Below are positions 24,368 to 38,872 of a DNA stretch of 64,000 bases, in pieces (the first letter of the stretch is position 1; each line of letters begins with the position of its first letter). The notes below the pieces were generated by a model. That model made no database searches. It was given only the letters and a program-made list of their open reading frames with translations, and was not told the origin of the DNA. The stretch lies in the NCBI GenBank assembly GCA_964106915.2, contig OZ066924.1; one strand, written 5' to 3'. A program made the translations under genes and the position numbers. The stretch is from Podarcis gaigeae (lineage: Eukaryota).

Positions 24368-27300
24368 TATTAGGTATCTTGTGTTCTCGTTTTGTGTTTT
24401 TATGTTGTGAGCTGCCCTGTGACCTTCAGATAGGATGGGTGGTATACTAAATAAATAAATCTGAATCCAGTTCACTTTTTGCAAACTAAAGAGAACTGGA
24501 AACTTTAGTTCGTCTCGGATAGTGCTAATCCTGCTGCAAATGATAGGATAATAGCACCAGACTCGAACAGCACCACCGCTACTACTACTGCTACTAATTA
24601 TTATTATTATTATTTATTATTATTATTAAAACTCACCTATATATAACAAAGCATGCAATTCAGCACTGGCATCAGTTTAAGGCGAAATTACGAAGCCAAG
24701 TGTGCTAGCTACAACCTTCCAGAATCGCGCGCACACAATAAGGACTCACACACACTGTGACAGCACATTCAGCTTGTTGCATAACATTAACCCCAGCTCA
24801 CTTCTCTCAGCTTCTGTGGGGCTGACATCACCTCTCAGCTCTAAGCAGCCTTCTCACCATTATACAGCCAAGTCCCCTTTTCATTGGCTTTCCCCTGGAG
24901 GCCGCATGGTGCAGAACACAATGGACGTCCCCAGCTTTACACACAGGCTCCCCCAGCCTGCGAGGAACATCACACTGGACTGATTTATTTTCAGCACAGT
25001 TCCTTCTCTCTGCATCTGTGCAGCGAAACACACATCACTGGGAGCCACTTTCATGATTTTGTTGCGATCAGGATTAGCTGGATTAGGAGTTGATTCATAA
25101 GGACCCCCTGTGGCTGTGAGGAAGTTTCATCACAAGGTCAGAGTGGTGTGAACTATATTCTGTCAACACCACCAACTTCTCATAGCCAAGTACACACACA
25201 CAAAAGGGGGACAAAAGAAGAAAGTTGCAGATCTAAAATATGTGAATGAAACAGTTGACAGCAACAAAGAGATTTGCAGAGAATTTCCCAACAGATGTTA
25301 GATATGTGTGCAGTCGGCACTGATTTCCTTTCATAATAATAATTTTTAAAATGCACACACACACACACATATACAACAAGACCCCTGCATTAGTCATTTT
25401 TAATTTAGAAAGAATTTAGTGGTTTAGGAGGTGGGAGGAACCTGGGGAATAAATACACGCAAAACCACAGAGGAACTTTCTGGCACTTCTTCTAAAAACT
25501 GGTCATGCAGCTTGAAGATTGTTGCGCTGCTGAGATTTTATTGCATATAACGCTGTCACCTTCAAGACTGTATAATTCCAAGCCCCTTATGTGCAATAAC
25601 TACCACAGACCTCTTTTAAAGAAAGAGAGAGAGAGAGAGAAAGTGATGGTTGGAATGCAAGAGCCAGAGGAGGAAGATAAACATTGGAACTGTGTTTAAA
25701 TCTACAGTTATGAAATTCACTTCCCTCTGCTTTCCCCCCCGCCCCCAGTCTCCCGCCCCCAATTCCACTCATGCACAATCAGACCAGTAACATACTTGGA
25801 AACAGTATGCAGAAAGGCAAAAAAACCTATTTTTAAAAATAGAAGACACACACACACACACACGAAAGCAACCTCCACTTGCACAGAACTGGACTGTTCA
25901 ATCAAAGCCTTATCTGTTATATTTCTGCCTGTCTTTCTCCTCTGTTTAGCACATTCACCAACAAGAGAAAAGGAGGCAAGCAATGGAGGCTTTGACCTGC
26001 AGCTGTAACACAATACTTTCACACAGCCCTGTCGACCCCTGACATAAATTTTACACCGCAGCTGGCATTTACACACTTAGCATTACCATATGTATAGCCT
26101 ACTCTGTGCTAATTATGCTAATCACCTGTCTAACTCTCTACTGCGAAAAAATGGTTGTATTTAGCAGTCCACTGCCTACAAATGCAGCTTAATGTGTGGC
26201 TGAAATGTACATTCAGACAGCCCTGAACGGCAAGATTTTTCCACGTTGCTGGCTTCATTCAGGGCACAGAAAAAATTATTCAAGTCAACTGGTTTCGGTC
26301 TGCAACAAAAAAGTTACGAGAAAAAAGTGAGTGCGCTCCTGCCCTAACGTTCTAAGTCTGCTTGCAAGCAAAATGATAAATCAATTGGTGTGGGAAACAA
26401 AACGGGAGAGAGATTTCTTTTGCAAGCCATGTGAAACTGTAGCCTATTTAAGAAAGAAAGAAAGAAAGAAAGAGAAAGAAAGAAAGAAAGAAAGAAAGAG
26501 GAAAAAAAGGTCATCCTAGTTTCCCAAATCTCTAGAAGAAAGCTGTTAATAGATATTTAAGCCAGATCACGATTCTCTTAAATTGATGCTTCTTATAGGC
26601 TTCCCAGTGCAGATACCAAAAGTGTGTGATTTTTGTTTTGTTTTCAAACCTTACGCATGCTACTAACTGACACCACAGTATCATTTCTCATTATTTACTT
26701 TCCTGGAGCGCACCAATGTGCAACCATAAAGAGCCCTTTGTACAAGTGTTAACTAGAAATAACTTCCCAAGAAGATAATTGACTAAAGCTGCTACAAAAG
26801 TGAATCAAAACAGAATCAAATCTGAAAATAAGTGAAATTGGAAGAAGGTGCAATTCAACAATAACACAAAGCAGAAATGCACAAACATTCACAAACCAGT
26901 GTTCTTCCTCCTCACAAAACAAAGCAGGGTAGTTAAGCCTCCTAGCAGAAGGTGAAATAGAAAATTGGGGTGATGTTTTTGAGTCATGTTAACAGAGACA
27001 GAAAAGGGAAAAGAAGTCTCCCTCAACCATAGTTGGCACTTGGCTTCTTTTCCTGCAGGTATTTAATATAATTAATCATATACAAATATGTTCTAACAAA
27101 CCCGTTCATGTTTCCACCCACCAAAGGAAGCTCAGATATAACTAGAGATTTCCCAACAGATAACCCAAAACTAATTCTAAGAATGATTTCACACTTGGCT
27201 GTTTTCCCCCGACAAGCATAATGATGCATTTGCTTACGTTCGGCAGCCAATCTCATTCACATGAGAGAGATGCTGTATTACAAGCACCCCATAATGCTCC

Positions 27301-27373
27301 TAAGAGTCTTGTGCCTTTGAAAAGTGCTCAGAAACTTCAAAACTTAAAATGGTTCAGAGAACAGCTGCTAGAC

Positions 27374-27629
27374 CAGGGGTTAGCAAACTTTTTCAGCGGG
27401 GGGCCGGTCCACTGTCCCTCAGACCTTGTGGGGGGTCGGACTATATTTTGAAAATAATAATAATAAATGAACAAATTCCTATGCCCCACAAATAACTCAG
27501 AGATGCATTTTAAATAAAATGACACTTTCTCCTCATGTAAAAACACGCTGATTCCCAGACCATCCGCGGGCCAGATTAAGGTGATTGGGCCGGATCCGGG
27601 CCCCCGGGGCCTTAGTTTGCCTACCCATT
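27374..27629. mobile_element. hAT MITE (CAGGGGT.AGCAAACT family)
   Basis: Imperfect TIRs; homologous to 37853-38170. Confidence 0.8.
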
Positions 27630-28340
27630 AGCTAAACTCTATAGAACAGGGATGTCCAACCAGTAGATCATGATCTACTGGTAGATCCCTTGCTGATCCT
27701 GGTAGATCACAGGATCCTTATCATGTACAGGGAAAAAGCTAAAAAACTCTGCGGAATCCTCCCCGCTCCCCAAAGCTCAACTCCTCTAGGCAATCCACCC
27801 ACCCATGCACACTCCTCCTCCCTCCAATGACAATGGGTAGATCATTGCCAGTTTTTTTTTAATACTGGGAGTAGATCACAGTCTCTTGGGAGTTGGACAT
27901 AGAGCATTGGGAACCACCACCAGATTGTGGCCTGATCCCAGGTAGGTTGCAACAGCAACACTTAGCACCAAACAAATCTATGGTGAATAAATAAAAATAA
28001 AAAGGACTTCACAAAGGCACGTTTAGGTTAAGGAGCTCATCCCAGGTCTGAAAAGCTTGAAGGTTACTACCCTAGACTGGGATGAGGCATGTGAAGCATA
28101 TTGCTCCAGTGCTGTCTGCCAAGTTGCCCAATTCAAAGGCAGCCTTTGGCTTTCCAGGCCCAAAACCAGGGTAGCAAGTGTGATGCTTTGTAACATCTTA
28201 AATAAAAAAAAATAAAAAAATGTTTTGGTTCTGGAAATTTTTCATTTTGTCTGCTGCTTTGTAAGGAGTCGCCTCCTAAAAAGCAGGATGTTGATTTTTT
28301 TTTAATAAACAAAAATTAGTAAGTGTCGTTGGGCTCCAAT

Positions 28341-28935
28341 CATAGCTGTCAAGTGTCCCTTATTTGAAGGGACAGTCCCTTATTCCAGCGCCATGTCCCG
28401 CTGCTGTCCCTTATTGATGGATGTCCCTTAAATGATATCCCTTAAATTTCAAAGGAAGCAGCTCCTCTCCCTCCCTCCCTGCCGGCCAGGGAGGAGGGAG
28501 GCTCCAACTGTGTTGCTTGGCTGTGTTGCTCACCCAATAAGAAGTCTAAGAAAGACCGGGGGGTGGAGCTTGCATGCCTTGTGTGTGGCTAGTTAATGCA
28601 AGCTGAGGGGGTTTTTGAATGCTGGACGCCATTTTGTTGCACGTGCTGCTGCAAACTTTGCAGTGCAAAGCCAGGCCGGGGAGCCATCTTAAGTTGAGGC
28701 TGCATAGGCCTTGTGGTGCATGTGATTCAGATTCTATTCAGTTGAACCTCTGGTTACAAAGCTGGTTGGACAGTGTTCTCGAAGCTACCAGCATGAGTTT
28801 GACCAGACTGCAGGAGGACAGGAAGACTGGAGTGCCTGGAACAGGTGAGGCCGCAGGTCCCTTATTTTGGCTGCTGGTCCCTTATTTTCAAGGCCGCTGG
28901 TCCCTTATTTTCAAATCTGTAAGTTGACAGCTATG
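28341..28935. mobile_element. Non-autonomous hAT element with subterminal GTCCCTTA repeats
   Basis: TIR CATAGCTGTCAA; perfect 8-bp TSD GCTCCAAT; repeated GTCCCTTATT motifs at both ends. Confidence 0.92.
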
Positions 28936-29206
28936 GCTCCAATGCCTATTGCCTCTGACCATTCACAATGCCTGGAAGGAGATGATGAAGCAGAAGTGGT
29001 TCTCCAGGTGAGTCACAGCTGCTACACTTGCTTCCCAGGACGTGGGTCACTATTGCTTATTGGGAGGAAGATGGGTGAGGCAGCTTGGGGATTTGCATGG
29101 TGCAAACACACCAGCAGGAACACTAGATCGGCTCCACCGATGTGCTTGCACAGCACCACCCACCCTGCTGCCTCTCTCTTCCTATTACTGGTAAGCTAGA
29201 CAGTAA

Positions 29207-29699
29207 TTGGTCATGTTGTGCGGATGCCTGATGATCATCTTCCAAAGCAACTACTCTATTCCGAACTTAAAAATGGAAAGTGTAATGCTGGTGGTCAACA
29301 AGAGAGGTTTAAAGACCGTCTCAAGGTAAATCTAAAAAAATGGAGTATAAACACTGACAACTGGGAAACACTGGCTTGCGAGCGCTCCAGTTGGAGAACA
29401 GCCTTTACCAAAGGTGTCATGGGCTTTGAAGACACTGGAACTCAGGACGCAAGGGAGAAGCGTGCTAAGAGGAAGGCATGCTTGGCAAATCCATACTGTG
29501 ATCAACTCCTGCCCGGAAACCAATGTCCCCACTGTGGAAGGACGTGTGGATGCAGAATTGGCCTCCACAGTCACTTATGGACTCACTGTTAAAACCGTGT
29601 TTATGGAAGACAATCTTACTGAGCTATGAGTGATCGATGAAGAAGAAGAAGAAGAAGAGGAGGAGGAGGAGGAGGAGAAGGAGGAGGAGGAAGAAGAAG
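29207..29699 (+). mobile_element. RTE/BovB-clade LINE 3' end with (GAA/GAG)n tail
   Basis: GHVVRMPDDHLPKQLLYSEL...CPHCGRTC..RIGLHSH (RTE C-terminal zinc knuckle); flanks AGACAGTAAT/AGACAGTGAT. Confidence 0.88.
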
Positions 29700-30540
29700 A
29701 CAGTGATCCACCTGCCAGGAAGCTAGTGTGGTGTCCCTGCCCCACCCAGCAAGCCACTTTTCTGTTCATCATCATCATCATTTTTAATTTGTATACCGCC
29801 TTTCTATCTTACAATACTCAAGGTGGTTTGCAAGCTGAAGAAACAAAAAATGTACATCTTATAACTATCTAATGCAATACAAAAATGTGATAATAAAACA
29901 AAACTTTAAAATAAGCACCCTACAAAAAAAAAGGTAACATTCAACAATCATTAGAATAGTATAGAATAATAATAATATCAACATATACAAGTTAAACAGA
30001 AACCCACTCAACAGTTACAATAAATGATTTCTAAACTATAATCAATAAAACAACGGCAAGCCACAGTACATAAAACAATACAATACAAATTGAGAAGCAG
30101 AGACTAGAGGGTGGGTCAAGGCAGGTGGAAGAAGGCCTTGCCTGACAAAGTCTCTCATCTCGAGGGCACAACCTTGGCTTTTCTTGCCCTACGTGGTGTG
30201 GGACGGTGGTAGCTTCAGAGCCAGTTCTTTTATTTGTGCAGGGAATGGAACAGGTACGAAACTGTGGCAGCCTCTCTTGCTGCCCTGCTTGGAAAAACTG
30301 CATTGGAAACTAAGCTTTCAGCAGAAGGGTCTTTGTGGTGGTGCTTCCAGAAGGCTGGAGACACTCCCCCTTGGCCAGTGGAGGTGCCTGCTTATTGCTT
30401 TCCTTCAAACTTTTGTCCACCTTGGAAGCGGTAAGTCTTCCTTGTACCTTTTAGGCGCAAATATTTTAATTAATTCCAGATGGTGCGAGTAATCCATCCA
30501 AGGTTTCTCATTCTGCACAAGAGGAATCCCATGACTCTAG

Positions 30541-30897
30541 GGAAAGGGACCCCTGACCATTAGGTCCAGTCGTGGCCGACTGTGGGGTTGCGGTGCTCGT
30601 CTCGCTTTATAGGCCTAGGGAGCCGGCGTTTGTCCGCAGACAGCTTCCGGGTCATGTGGCCAGCATGACTAAGCCACTTCTGGCGAACCAGAGCAGCGCA
30701 CAGAAACGCCGTTTACCTTCCCGCCGGAGCGGTACCTATTTATCTACTTGCTTTTTGACGTGCTTTCAAACTGCTAGGTTGGCAGGAGCAGGGAGCGAGC
30801 AATGGGAGCTTACCCCATTGTGGGGATTCGAACCACTGACCTTCTGATCGGCAAGTCCTAGGCTCTGTGGTTTAACCCACAGCGCCACCCACATCCC
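30541..30897 (-). mobile_element. Sauria SINE
   Basis: Full-length homology to the other copies. Confidence 0.88.
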
Positions 30898-30929
30898 AAA
30901 TCCCCAGCCATTGGGCTATCTCCTAGTAA

Positions 30930-31650
30930 AAAAGGTAAAGGTAAAGGACCCCTGACAGGTAAGTCCAGTCGCAGACGAATCTGGGGTTGCAGCGCTCATT
31001 CCACTCTATAGGCTGAGGGAGCCGGCGTTTGTCTGCAGACAGTTTTTCCGGGTCATGTGGCCAGCATGACTAAGCCGCTTCTGGTGCAATGGAACACCGA
31101 AACCAGAGCAGCGCATGGAAATGTTGTTTACCTTCCCGCCAGAGCAGTACCTATTTATCTACTTGCACTGGTGTGCTTTCGAACTGCTAGGTTAGCTCAC
31201 ATGCCGCACTGCTTTTGCAGGATACAGATCCTTCTGTAACTCTGCAGGTGGCGAGATTCCTGAATGCGGTTATCTCACACACAAAAACCACCAAAAAACA
31301 ACAACAACATCAAAAACTAATCGGGCAGTTATGATGAGAGTGCATGACGGATCTCGTCTCCAGTTTTCCTTTTTCTGTGAACCGTCCCTTGGATCTTTCT
31401 GGGCCCCAAGCTGTTATTTGTCACTGCTCAATGACCCACCCTTGCATCGTGGTGTTCACCTTCTGTTGTTAGATATATTGGTCTTTATGCTTCTGTGCTT
31501 TTATGTTCGTACATACTTTATGGGCTAATAGCCGTATAAATAAAGAATTGAGTCAACTGCTAGGTTAGCAGGAGCAAGGACCAAGCAACGGGAGCTCACC
31601 TCGTCACGGGGATTCGAACCGCCGACCTAAGAGTCTCAGTGGTTTAGACC
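30930..31650 (-). mobile_element. Sauria SINE interrupted by a LINE 3' fragment
   Basis: The SINE breaks at AACTGCTAGGTTAGC (31182-31196) and resumes at the same 15-mer (31555-31569). Confidence 0.85.
31197..31554 (+). mobile_element. 5'-truncated LINE 3' end (RTE-X-like, tentative)
   Basis: 15-bp TSD; peptide LLLQDTDPSVTLQVARFLNAV resembles a LINE ORF2 C-terminus; AATAAA near the 3' end. Confidence 0.55.
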
Positions 31651-34600
31651 TACATAGTAGTAATTCACAGTAAGGCAAAAGAAACAGCACTACTGATTCT
31701 CTTATTTGGATTTTTTTTTTTTTTTAGAATTTTACATGGGTTCGTCATAATTTTAAAACCAATTTAGATGGTTTTTAAAGGGGATTCGACAGATTCATGG
31801 AGGATAAGGATTATTGATGGCTACCAAGTAAGAGATATGCAGAATGCAGATTCAGATGTCTTCAGCCTCCAGATAGCAGTTGCTGGGGAACAACAGCAGG
31901 TGAGGGTGATTGCCCTCTAGTAATGCTTTTTGGATTTCTAAGAAGCATCTGATTGGCCAATGTGGAAACCAGAGTGCTGGGCTAGATCCAATAGGGCTCT
32001 GCTTTATGTTTAACTGATGCAAGCAAAAGCCTGTCTTTCGAGGGCGGAATGGGGCGTTAGGGAAGCACAATAAGGGCTTAAATGCATAGATGCTTATTCC
32101 CACCACATAAAGTAGCACCAAAACGATTGCGCTGTTTACACTCACTTATTATGTGTCATTGCATTGATATGCTATGATAACACACATTTCTGCTCTGTCT
32201 TTACAACCCTAAGCAGTTAAATTTATATTTAATTGTTCTATTTAAAAAATCTTTCCTTTTTTTTAATTAACTGAGCACAATCAGTCTCACGTTTTGCTTT
32301 CCAACATCTCGGTTTCAGTCAATACTTCTTTGCCAGTCCAAAGTATTAATTTATCTGGGCTTTTGCAGCTCCAGAAATCTAGCTGTGCAGCCAAGAACTC
32401 AAAACAACACTACAACTACTGTGCTCTTTTCAAAGTAGAGATCTCTCTCTCTCCCCCCCTCTTTTTTTTTTTTTTAAGGAGATGGACCACCCTGCTCTCA
32501 TGGCACAGAGCACTGTTTACATTGCAAGACTCGACTGTGTAATACATCTGGCATTTTTGGGCAGGATTCCTGAGTTAGAGGCCAGAAGCCCTTAAGCAAT
32601 GATTTAAGGGGAGGGGGGGGGAACCCTACAAGTTGACTTAACAGTGCTCATTCCTGATGTGCCGCACTTCACTTCTGATTATTGACCAAAGAAGCACAAA
32701 TATGCTGGTTCAGTAAACAAAGGGTGGAAAGGGAGAATAAGTTTCTTTCAGGGATTATTTTTTTTTTAAATCATCAATGAATGAAGAAGGGCTTTAAAGT
32801 ATTTGGGTGTGTGCCACTAAATATGCAACTTGAAAACATCTGCTTCTACTTGTGGATACCTGCTTGGGTATCCATTGTGGGGAGAGGGGAGCTTGTTTTT
32901 GTAAAGGTTTGAAAGGCATCACTGGATCAATAAATCTGCAACACAGATACCACCATGGTACGTCCCCTGCACCTGTGCTCTCTGGTGTATCTGTTTCAAT
33001 ACGCAAAACGCTAATACTTTTTGAAGTTACCAACCCCACCCCCTATAAAAAAAACACTGGAATGCTCACTTAAATAATAAAAAAAGACCAGTATGCTCTT
33101 ATCAACTCAGCAGATCCCTTGCAACAGATCACCTTCAGGTCTCTGCATCTCTAATCACCTCCTGATTTTTCCTAAATTCGATCTCATACATGCTATCAAA
33201 ACTAATGAAGAGTGATTGACACGGAGCAGACCTGTCTGCTAAAAAAACAAACATAGAGCACAATACATAATAATAATAATAATTATTATTATTATTATTA
33301 TTATTTTACAAAATTAAGTCTCATTTCTGTGGATATTTAAGCATCTGTTTAAGTCATCCATTGAAATCAAAACACTCAACTTTCTCTCTGGACAGTGCCC
33401 TCTGTTTGGAACAGGAGGTGTCCTGCTTGGCAGGGGGTTGGACTCGATGGCCCTTGTGGTCTCTTCCAACTCTATGATTCTATGATTCTATGATTCCCTT
33501 GGCATACAAAAGTAGCATATAAATCCAGTCCCTCAGCAAAGAGACCTCACTCAACATAGATTTAGGCATGCTTAAGCCCATTGATTTCAAGTCTGTATTG
33601 GGTCTTAGGTCAGAAGAGACTTGGATAAACTTTGCCAATAAAACAACTTGTGTGCCGGCACACAAAGTAGATATGATAGTATGTTGCTCAATGTAAAAAG
33701 GTATAATCAAAAGAAGGTGGTAAAGCTGAACATGAGTTTCATCCACCCCTCCATTATATAAATCTACTATGTACTTGAATTCAGTGAAAAGGCTGAATTC
33801 ACTATGTACCACCTGAGAGTCTCTGCTAAACCTGTTTTACCAGCAAACCTGTTCTATCAGATAATTAGATTTTAAATATCCAGTTGTTTTAGCATTTCCT
33901 AAGTTTTTTAGATGGGATTTTGCAATAATATGCAGTGTTGTATTATCCGTAAGGCACTTGTTAAATGGGGAGGTTGTCAGCATTTGGGGGCAATATGGAA
34001 CCCAAGGACAAGAAAGTTTCTGTAGCCACATAATCTCAATGGCATGGGCAAGAATTTAGAAATGCAACTCATATCTATGAAGCAAGCAATATACCTCGGA
34101 CCATGAATTCACAATCTACCCCAAGATGCACAGGGGTAGGGAAGCTGTTGTGGGCACATTAAAAAGCTGGCATCCTAGTGGACATGGTTTTAGCAGGTCA
34201 CAGAAAGGTCAGCTTTGAAGGAGAAATCCATATGAAATATAAACATGGCATTGTGAAAACCAGACAAATCTCCCATAGCTTCATCCAGCCAGCACTAATC
34301 TAGGCATCAGCTTTGGAGCGTAATCTAAACAAAAGGATCAGTCAGTTCAGACATCTGGAAGTTGTCATATTTTGGAGTCTCTTAACAGTTGAGCACATAA
34401 CCAAAGGATCCAGTTGCACTTTCAAACCTGCTGGTCAAATATACTAGAAGGAATAAACAGAAAAGTACCATAATCTCTGATGCCACCAAGCACAACGTTC
34501 AGTGATAGTAGGTATCAAGGGAGAGGACACATAAGGGTGAGACTGGTAGGGTCTGTTTTTCATGAGGCTCTGTGGGTGAATCCATGAGACAGAAGACCAC

Positions 34601-35839
34601 TCCATGGAAAGAGAGAAGTCAACCAAGCAGATATTATGTAATTAAATAAGCTCCAGAATCAGATAATAACCAGCTGCTATAACCATCTAAAACTTTAAGT
34701 CCCCAGAACTTGTAGGATTACAACTCTCATAATCTCCAAGCAAGCTTAGCCCAATGGTCAGGGATGATGGGATTTGTAGTCCAACAACATCCAGGGACTC
34801 AAGGTTGATGGAACAAAGCTTTAAATGAGGCTGCAATCCTATCTGCACTTACCTGAGAGCAAGACCCAGTGAATTCAATACAACTTACTTCTGAGTAGAC
34901 AGGGTTAGAGTTACAGCGTAGATCTCACAATGGAACCTGATCCTCAGAATCATGGAGTGATTGGAAACATGCTGCAGGCTCACATTATCCCTCCTACCCT
35001 TTGACTCCCATGGATGCCCTCCTCTACTTTTCAGGTTTTCACTAACCATAGTTTGCCCTGTCATCCAAAATAGCAAACTACCATTTTTGGATTGCCTTGC
35101 CTCCAAAGAACAGAAGCACAGTTTGTAATCCCATTTCAAACCATGTTTGGAAACCATGAATTGGAGGCAAGGCAAAGTATGAAGAAAATTGAAACAGGTT
35201 AGAGAAAACCAGGAAGTGCTGGTGGGAGGAAACAAGCTAACAGAATGTTCTGGAACTACAAACTATGGTTTGGAGGAGTAGGTTCATGGCATCTGTCCTA
35301 GGCAAATAACTGCTCTGTAACTGCAGAGCACTCAAGGATAGAACCACTTATTCAGTCCTTATAAAAATGTCTACGGATGTTTGTATGCGAGTATCTAATC
35401 TGTAGCAAACAGTGCAATTCAAAAGTGCCCCTCTCAATCTTTTTCTGCAAACATTCTGTGGAACGCAAGAATCAAACCCAGCAGCAGAGAAAGTAGAGGT
35501 CAAGGCAATGTTACTTTTCTGTCTTGTAATCAACTATGCATACATTTCAGGAAAAGGACATCAGTGCGTGGATCTGCATTACCCAGTCTGTTCCAGAAAT
35601 TAACCACAGAACATTAGACACTGAAAACAAAAGCAGGATAACTTGTTCAGTTTAAATGATATCATCTTGCAGTTTAACTCCCATTGTTAACTGCTTTCCT
35701 GTAACAGAAGCTCAGAGTGGTAAAGTAACTGATCCATTAAAATCACCACCAGAAAACGCAGGCTGGTGCCAATGCAAGTGAACATAAGAACATAAGAGCT
35801 CTGCTGGATCACACCAAAGGCCCATCTCATACATTGTCC

Positions 35840-36169
35840 AACCAGAAGGTCGGCAGTTCGAATCCCCGCAACGAGGTGAGCTCCCATTGCTCTGTCCCTG
35901 CTCCTGGCAACCTAGCAGTTCAAAAGCACACCAAAAAGTGCAAGTAGATAAATAGGCACCGCTCTGGCGGGAAGGTAAATGACGTTTCCGTGCGCTGCTC
36001 TGGTTTTGGTGTTCTGTTGCGCCAGAAGCGGCTTAGTCCTGCTGGCCACATGACCCGGAAAAACTGCCTGCGGACAAATGTCGGCTCCCTTGGCCAGTAA
36101 AGCGAGATGAGCGCTGCAATCCCAGAGTCGTCTGCAACTGGCCTTAACTGTCAGGGGTCCTTTACCTTT
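35840..36169 (+). mobile_element. Sauria SINE (5' truncated)
   Basis: Core plus CCTTTACCTTT tail. Confidence 0.85.
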
Positions 36170-37852
36170 ATAAGTGTTATATTCTAATTTGTAATATGTG
36201 TTTCTGTTTTTTTTGCATTCGTATTTTCTATTTTTATAAGGCTGATTAATATTCTACAGCCTTTTAAATGTGTTTATGGGAGGGGGCATTATTGTTTTGT
36301 TGTCTTTGTTTTCACCATTTACTGGTGTTTTTACCTTGTATTTTTATCTTGCCAGCTGCCTTGAGATCTTGTGATGAAGGACGGTATGTAAATCAAATAA
36401 AATGTCTTTACCAGGCTAAAGATACCCAATTCCCTCAACCGTTCCTCATAAGGCTGGGTTTCCAAAGGGCAAAGTCCTGTTCTTGATCTCATGCTGTACT
36501 TTCAAAATGCAGCCTAAAGTCTGGGAGAATCCCCTGCTCCCCTCTCCATCTCCAGGACTACGGCTGGGCAGGAGGATGGAAGATTCCACAAAAAGTGAAA
36601 ACAAGGCCTTGTCTCATTTTGGCTCCACACGTCCTGGAGGACACCTTGCACTTGAGAGGCAGAGGCTTGCTGCACGATCAAGCAGCACACACAAGAAAAT
36701 CCCAGGCTGTCTTTGAACCATGGTAGTCATTCTCCCTGCTTCCTCTGCCACAACTTCATGTTTACTGAGAATTCAGAGGACCATCATGTCTGCCAGAGGC
36801 TATCTGAGCGCACACTGAGTCAAGAGAAATTATGAAACCCAGTTTCTTTGTATTCCCAAGGGCTAGAAGTACCTGACAAGGGTGTGTAACTGTTCTGTTG
36901 TGGACCAAACAGTAAGGTGAACTGATTATTCAGGGGTCTTTTGAGTTGGTGTGATATCTGTATCTCCCCCTGACTCAGATAACGGCCTTCACAAAGCCTT
37001 GAGTCACTCTGTTCTGAATTTTCTGTCCAATAAAACTCTATGTTTCCAGTATACCTCCATGTTTCTCAATGTCCAAGGACACTGAAGATATGCAAAATGT
37101 TGCCTGTGGAGAACTGAAGAGCTTTGGGTTGTTCCTTTTGTTAAAAAAAAAAAAAATCTTCCACTGATCTGCTTTACGTTAAAAACTTCATTTGCTCTGC
37201 TTTGAAATAAAAAAAAATATTGCAGAGCTCCTCAGGCCTATTGGAGACCTGTAAAATCCTATCAGGGGACACACAGAAAAACTCATGTGAAGCTGCAAAG
37301 TTTTTAAACAAGTTCAATTAGGAATACACACCACTCTGCCCCCTTAATTACAATGACCCCTATGCCTTTCCCATCAAGGATTAAGGAGGAAAACGAATCC
37401 CCTTTAATTTCCCCACAAAAAGCCCCCATACCAATTTATCTGCAATTTGGCAGATATGACCTACTCTGGAGAGACTCCTGTGACTGTAAATTTCATCCAC
37501 TTTAGCCAAAAGGAAGAAAATGACGATGGTAGAATCTGAGAGTTTGATTTTGTACAGAGCGGCTCATAACTTGGAACACAAATCAACATGGGCCTTCACA
37601 TCTCCCAGAAAGCCATAACTCTACACTAAACAGAAGCCACAGATAAAATGGCATGGGCCAAGGCTTTATTTTTCTGACAGTGCTCACCAAGCCTTGATAC
37701 CTCCTTTTTTGCTGCCCATTGCAGCCATTTTGGGCTGGCACCCGCAGCACTTTTATCAGTACTGGGACCTCATTTTTTATCCAAAACACCACCAGTGGGA
37801 ACAGTGGAAAGATCAGTGATCAGTTCCTAAAAATGATGCTTATCATCTAACC

Positions 37853-38170
37853 CAGGGGTCAGCAAACTTTTTCAGCAGGGGGCCGGTGCACTGTCCCTCA
37901 GACCTTGTGGGGGGCCGGATTATATTTTTTGGGGGGGAAATGAACTAATTCCTATGCCCCTCAAACAACCCAGAGATACATTTTAAAGCACACATTCTTC
38001 TCATGTAAAAACACCAGGCAGGCCCCACAAATAACCCAGAGATGCATTTTAAAGAAAAGGACACATTCTTCTCATGTAAATAACACGCTGATTCCCAGAC
38101 CATCCGCTGGCCGGATTTAGAAGGCGATTGGGTCAGATCCGGCCCCTGGGCCTTAGTTTGCTTACCCATT
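37853..38170. mobile_element. hAT MITE with internal ~60-bp tandem unit
   Basis: TSD ATCTAACC/ACCTAACC; homologous to the 27374 copy. Confidence 0.85.
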
Positions 38171-38314
38171 ACCTAACCGTAATTGCTTTACTTTCACATC
38201 TTGCCCCGAAATCACCTCTCCAGGACCAGCTCCACCTCACTTTCCTCTGCCAGAGCTCCTTGCATCTCTTCTCTTCTCTCATGCCTTTCCTTGCACTGCA
38301 CCCAGTGCTTTTCA

Positions 38315-38872
38315 AACTTCACTGACTCCCGGTAGAGTACAGGGTCAGATTTAAGGTGCTGCTTTTGACCTTTAAAGCCCTTCACGGCCTAGGACCCTCG
38401 TACCTACGGGACCGCCTCTCCCGGTATACCCCACAGAGAGCCTCAATGTCCATAAATAGCAACACCCTAGTGGTCCCGGGCCCTAAGGAAGTTAGATTGG
38501 CTTCAACCAGAGCCAGGGCCTTTTCAACTCTGGCTCCGGCCTGGTGGAACTCTCTGCCTCATGAGACCAGGGCCCTGCAGGATCTGATTTCTTTCCGCAG
38601 GGCCTGTAAGACAGAGTTGTTCCGCCTGGCCTTTGGCTTGGAGTCAATTAGATTCCCTCCCTCTCTTTCTTTTTTCCTTTCCTTCTCCTCCTGCGATGAG
38701 CCTAAATTTTAATATTTTAATATTTCAATATTTTAATGTTGTATTTTAATTTTGTTTTTAAGTTGTAATCATTCAACTTGTTTTATTATTGCTTGTAAGC
38801 CGCTCTGAGCCCGGCCTTGGCTGGGGAGGGCGGGGTATAAATAAAAATTATTATTAATTATTATTATTATTA
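38315..38872 (+). mobile_element. L2-type LINE 3' fragment with open ORF2 C-terminus
   Basis: LLLTFKALHGLGPSYLRDRL...RAFSTLAPAWWNSLP...FRRACKTELF (ORF 38356..38712). Confidence 0.88.

Noticed and set aside
28341-28935. Repeated GTCCCTTATT motifs resembling a CRISPR-like array
   Set aside because: Irregular short subterminal repeats of a hAT element bounded by TIRs and an 8-bp TSD; eukaryotic context.
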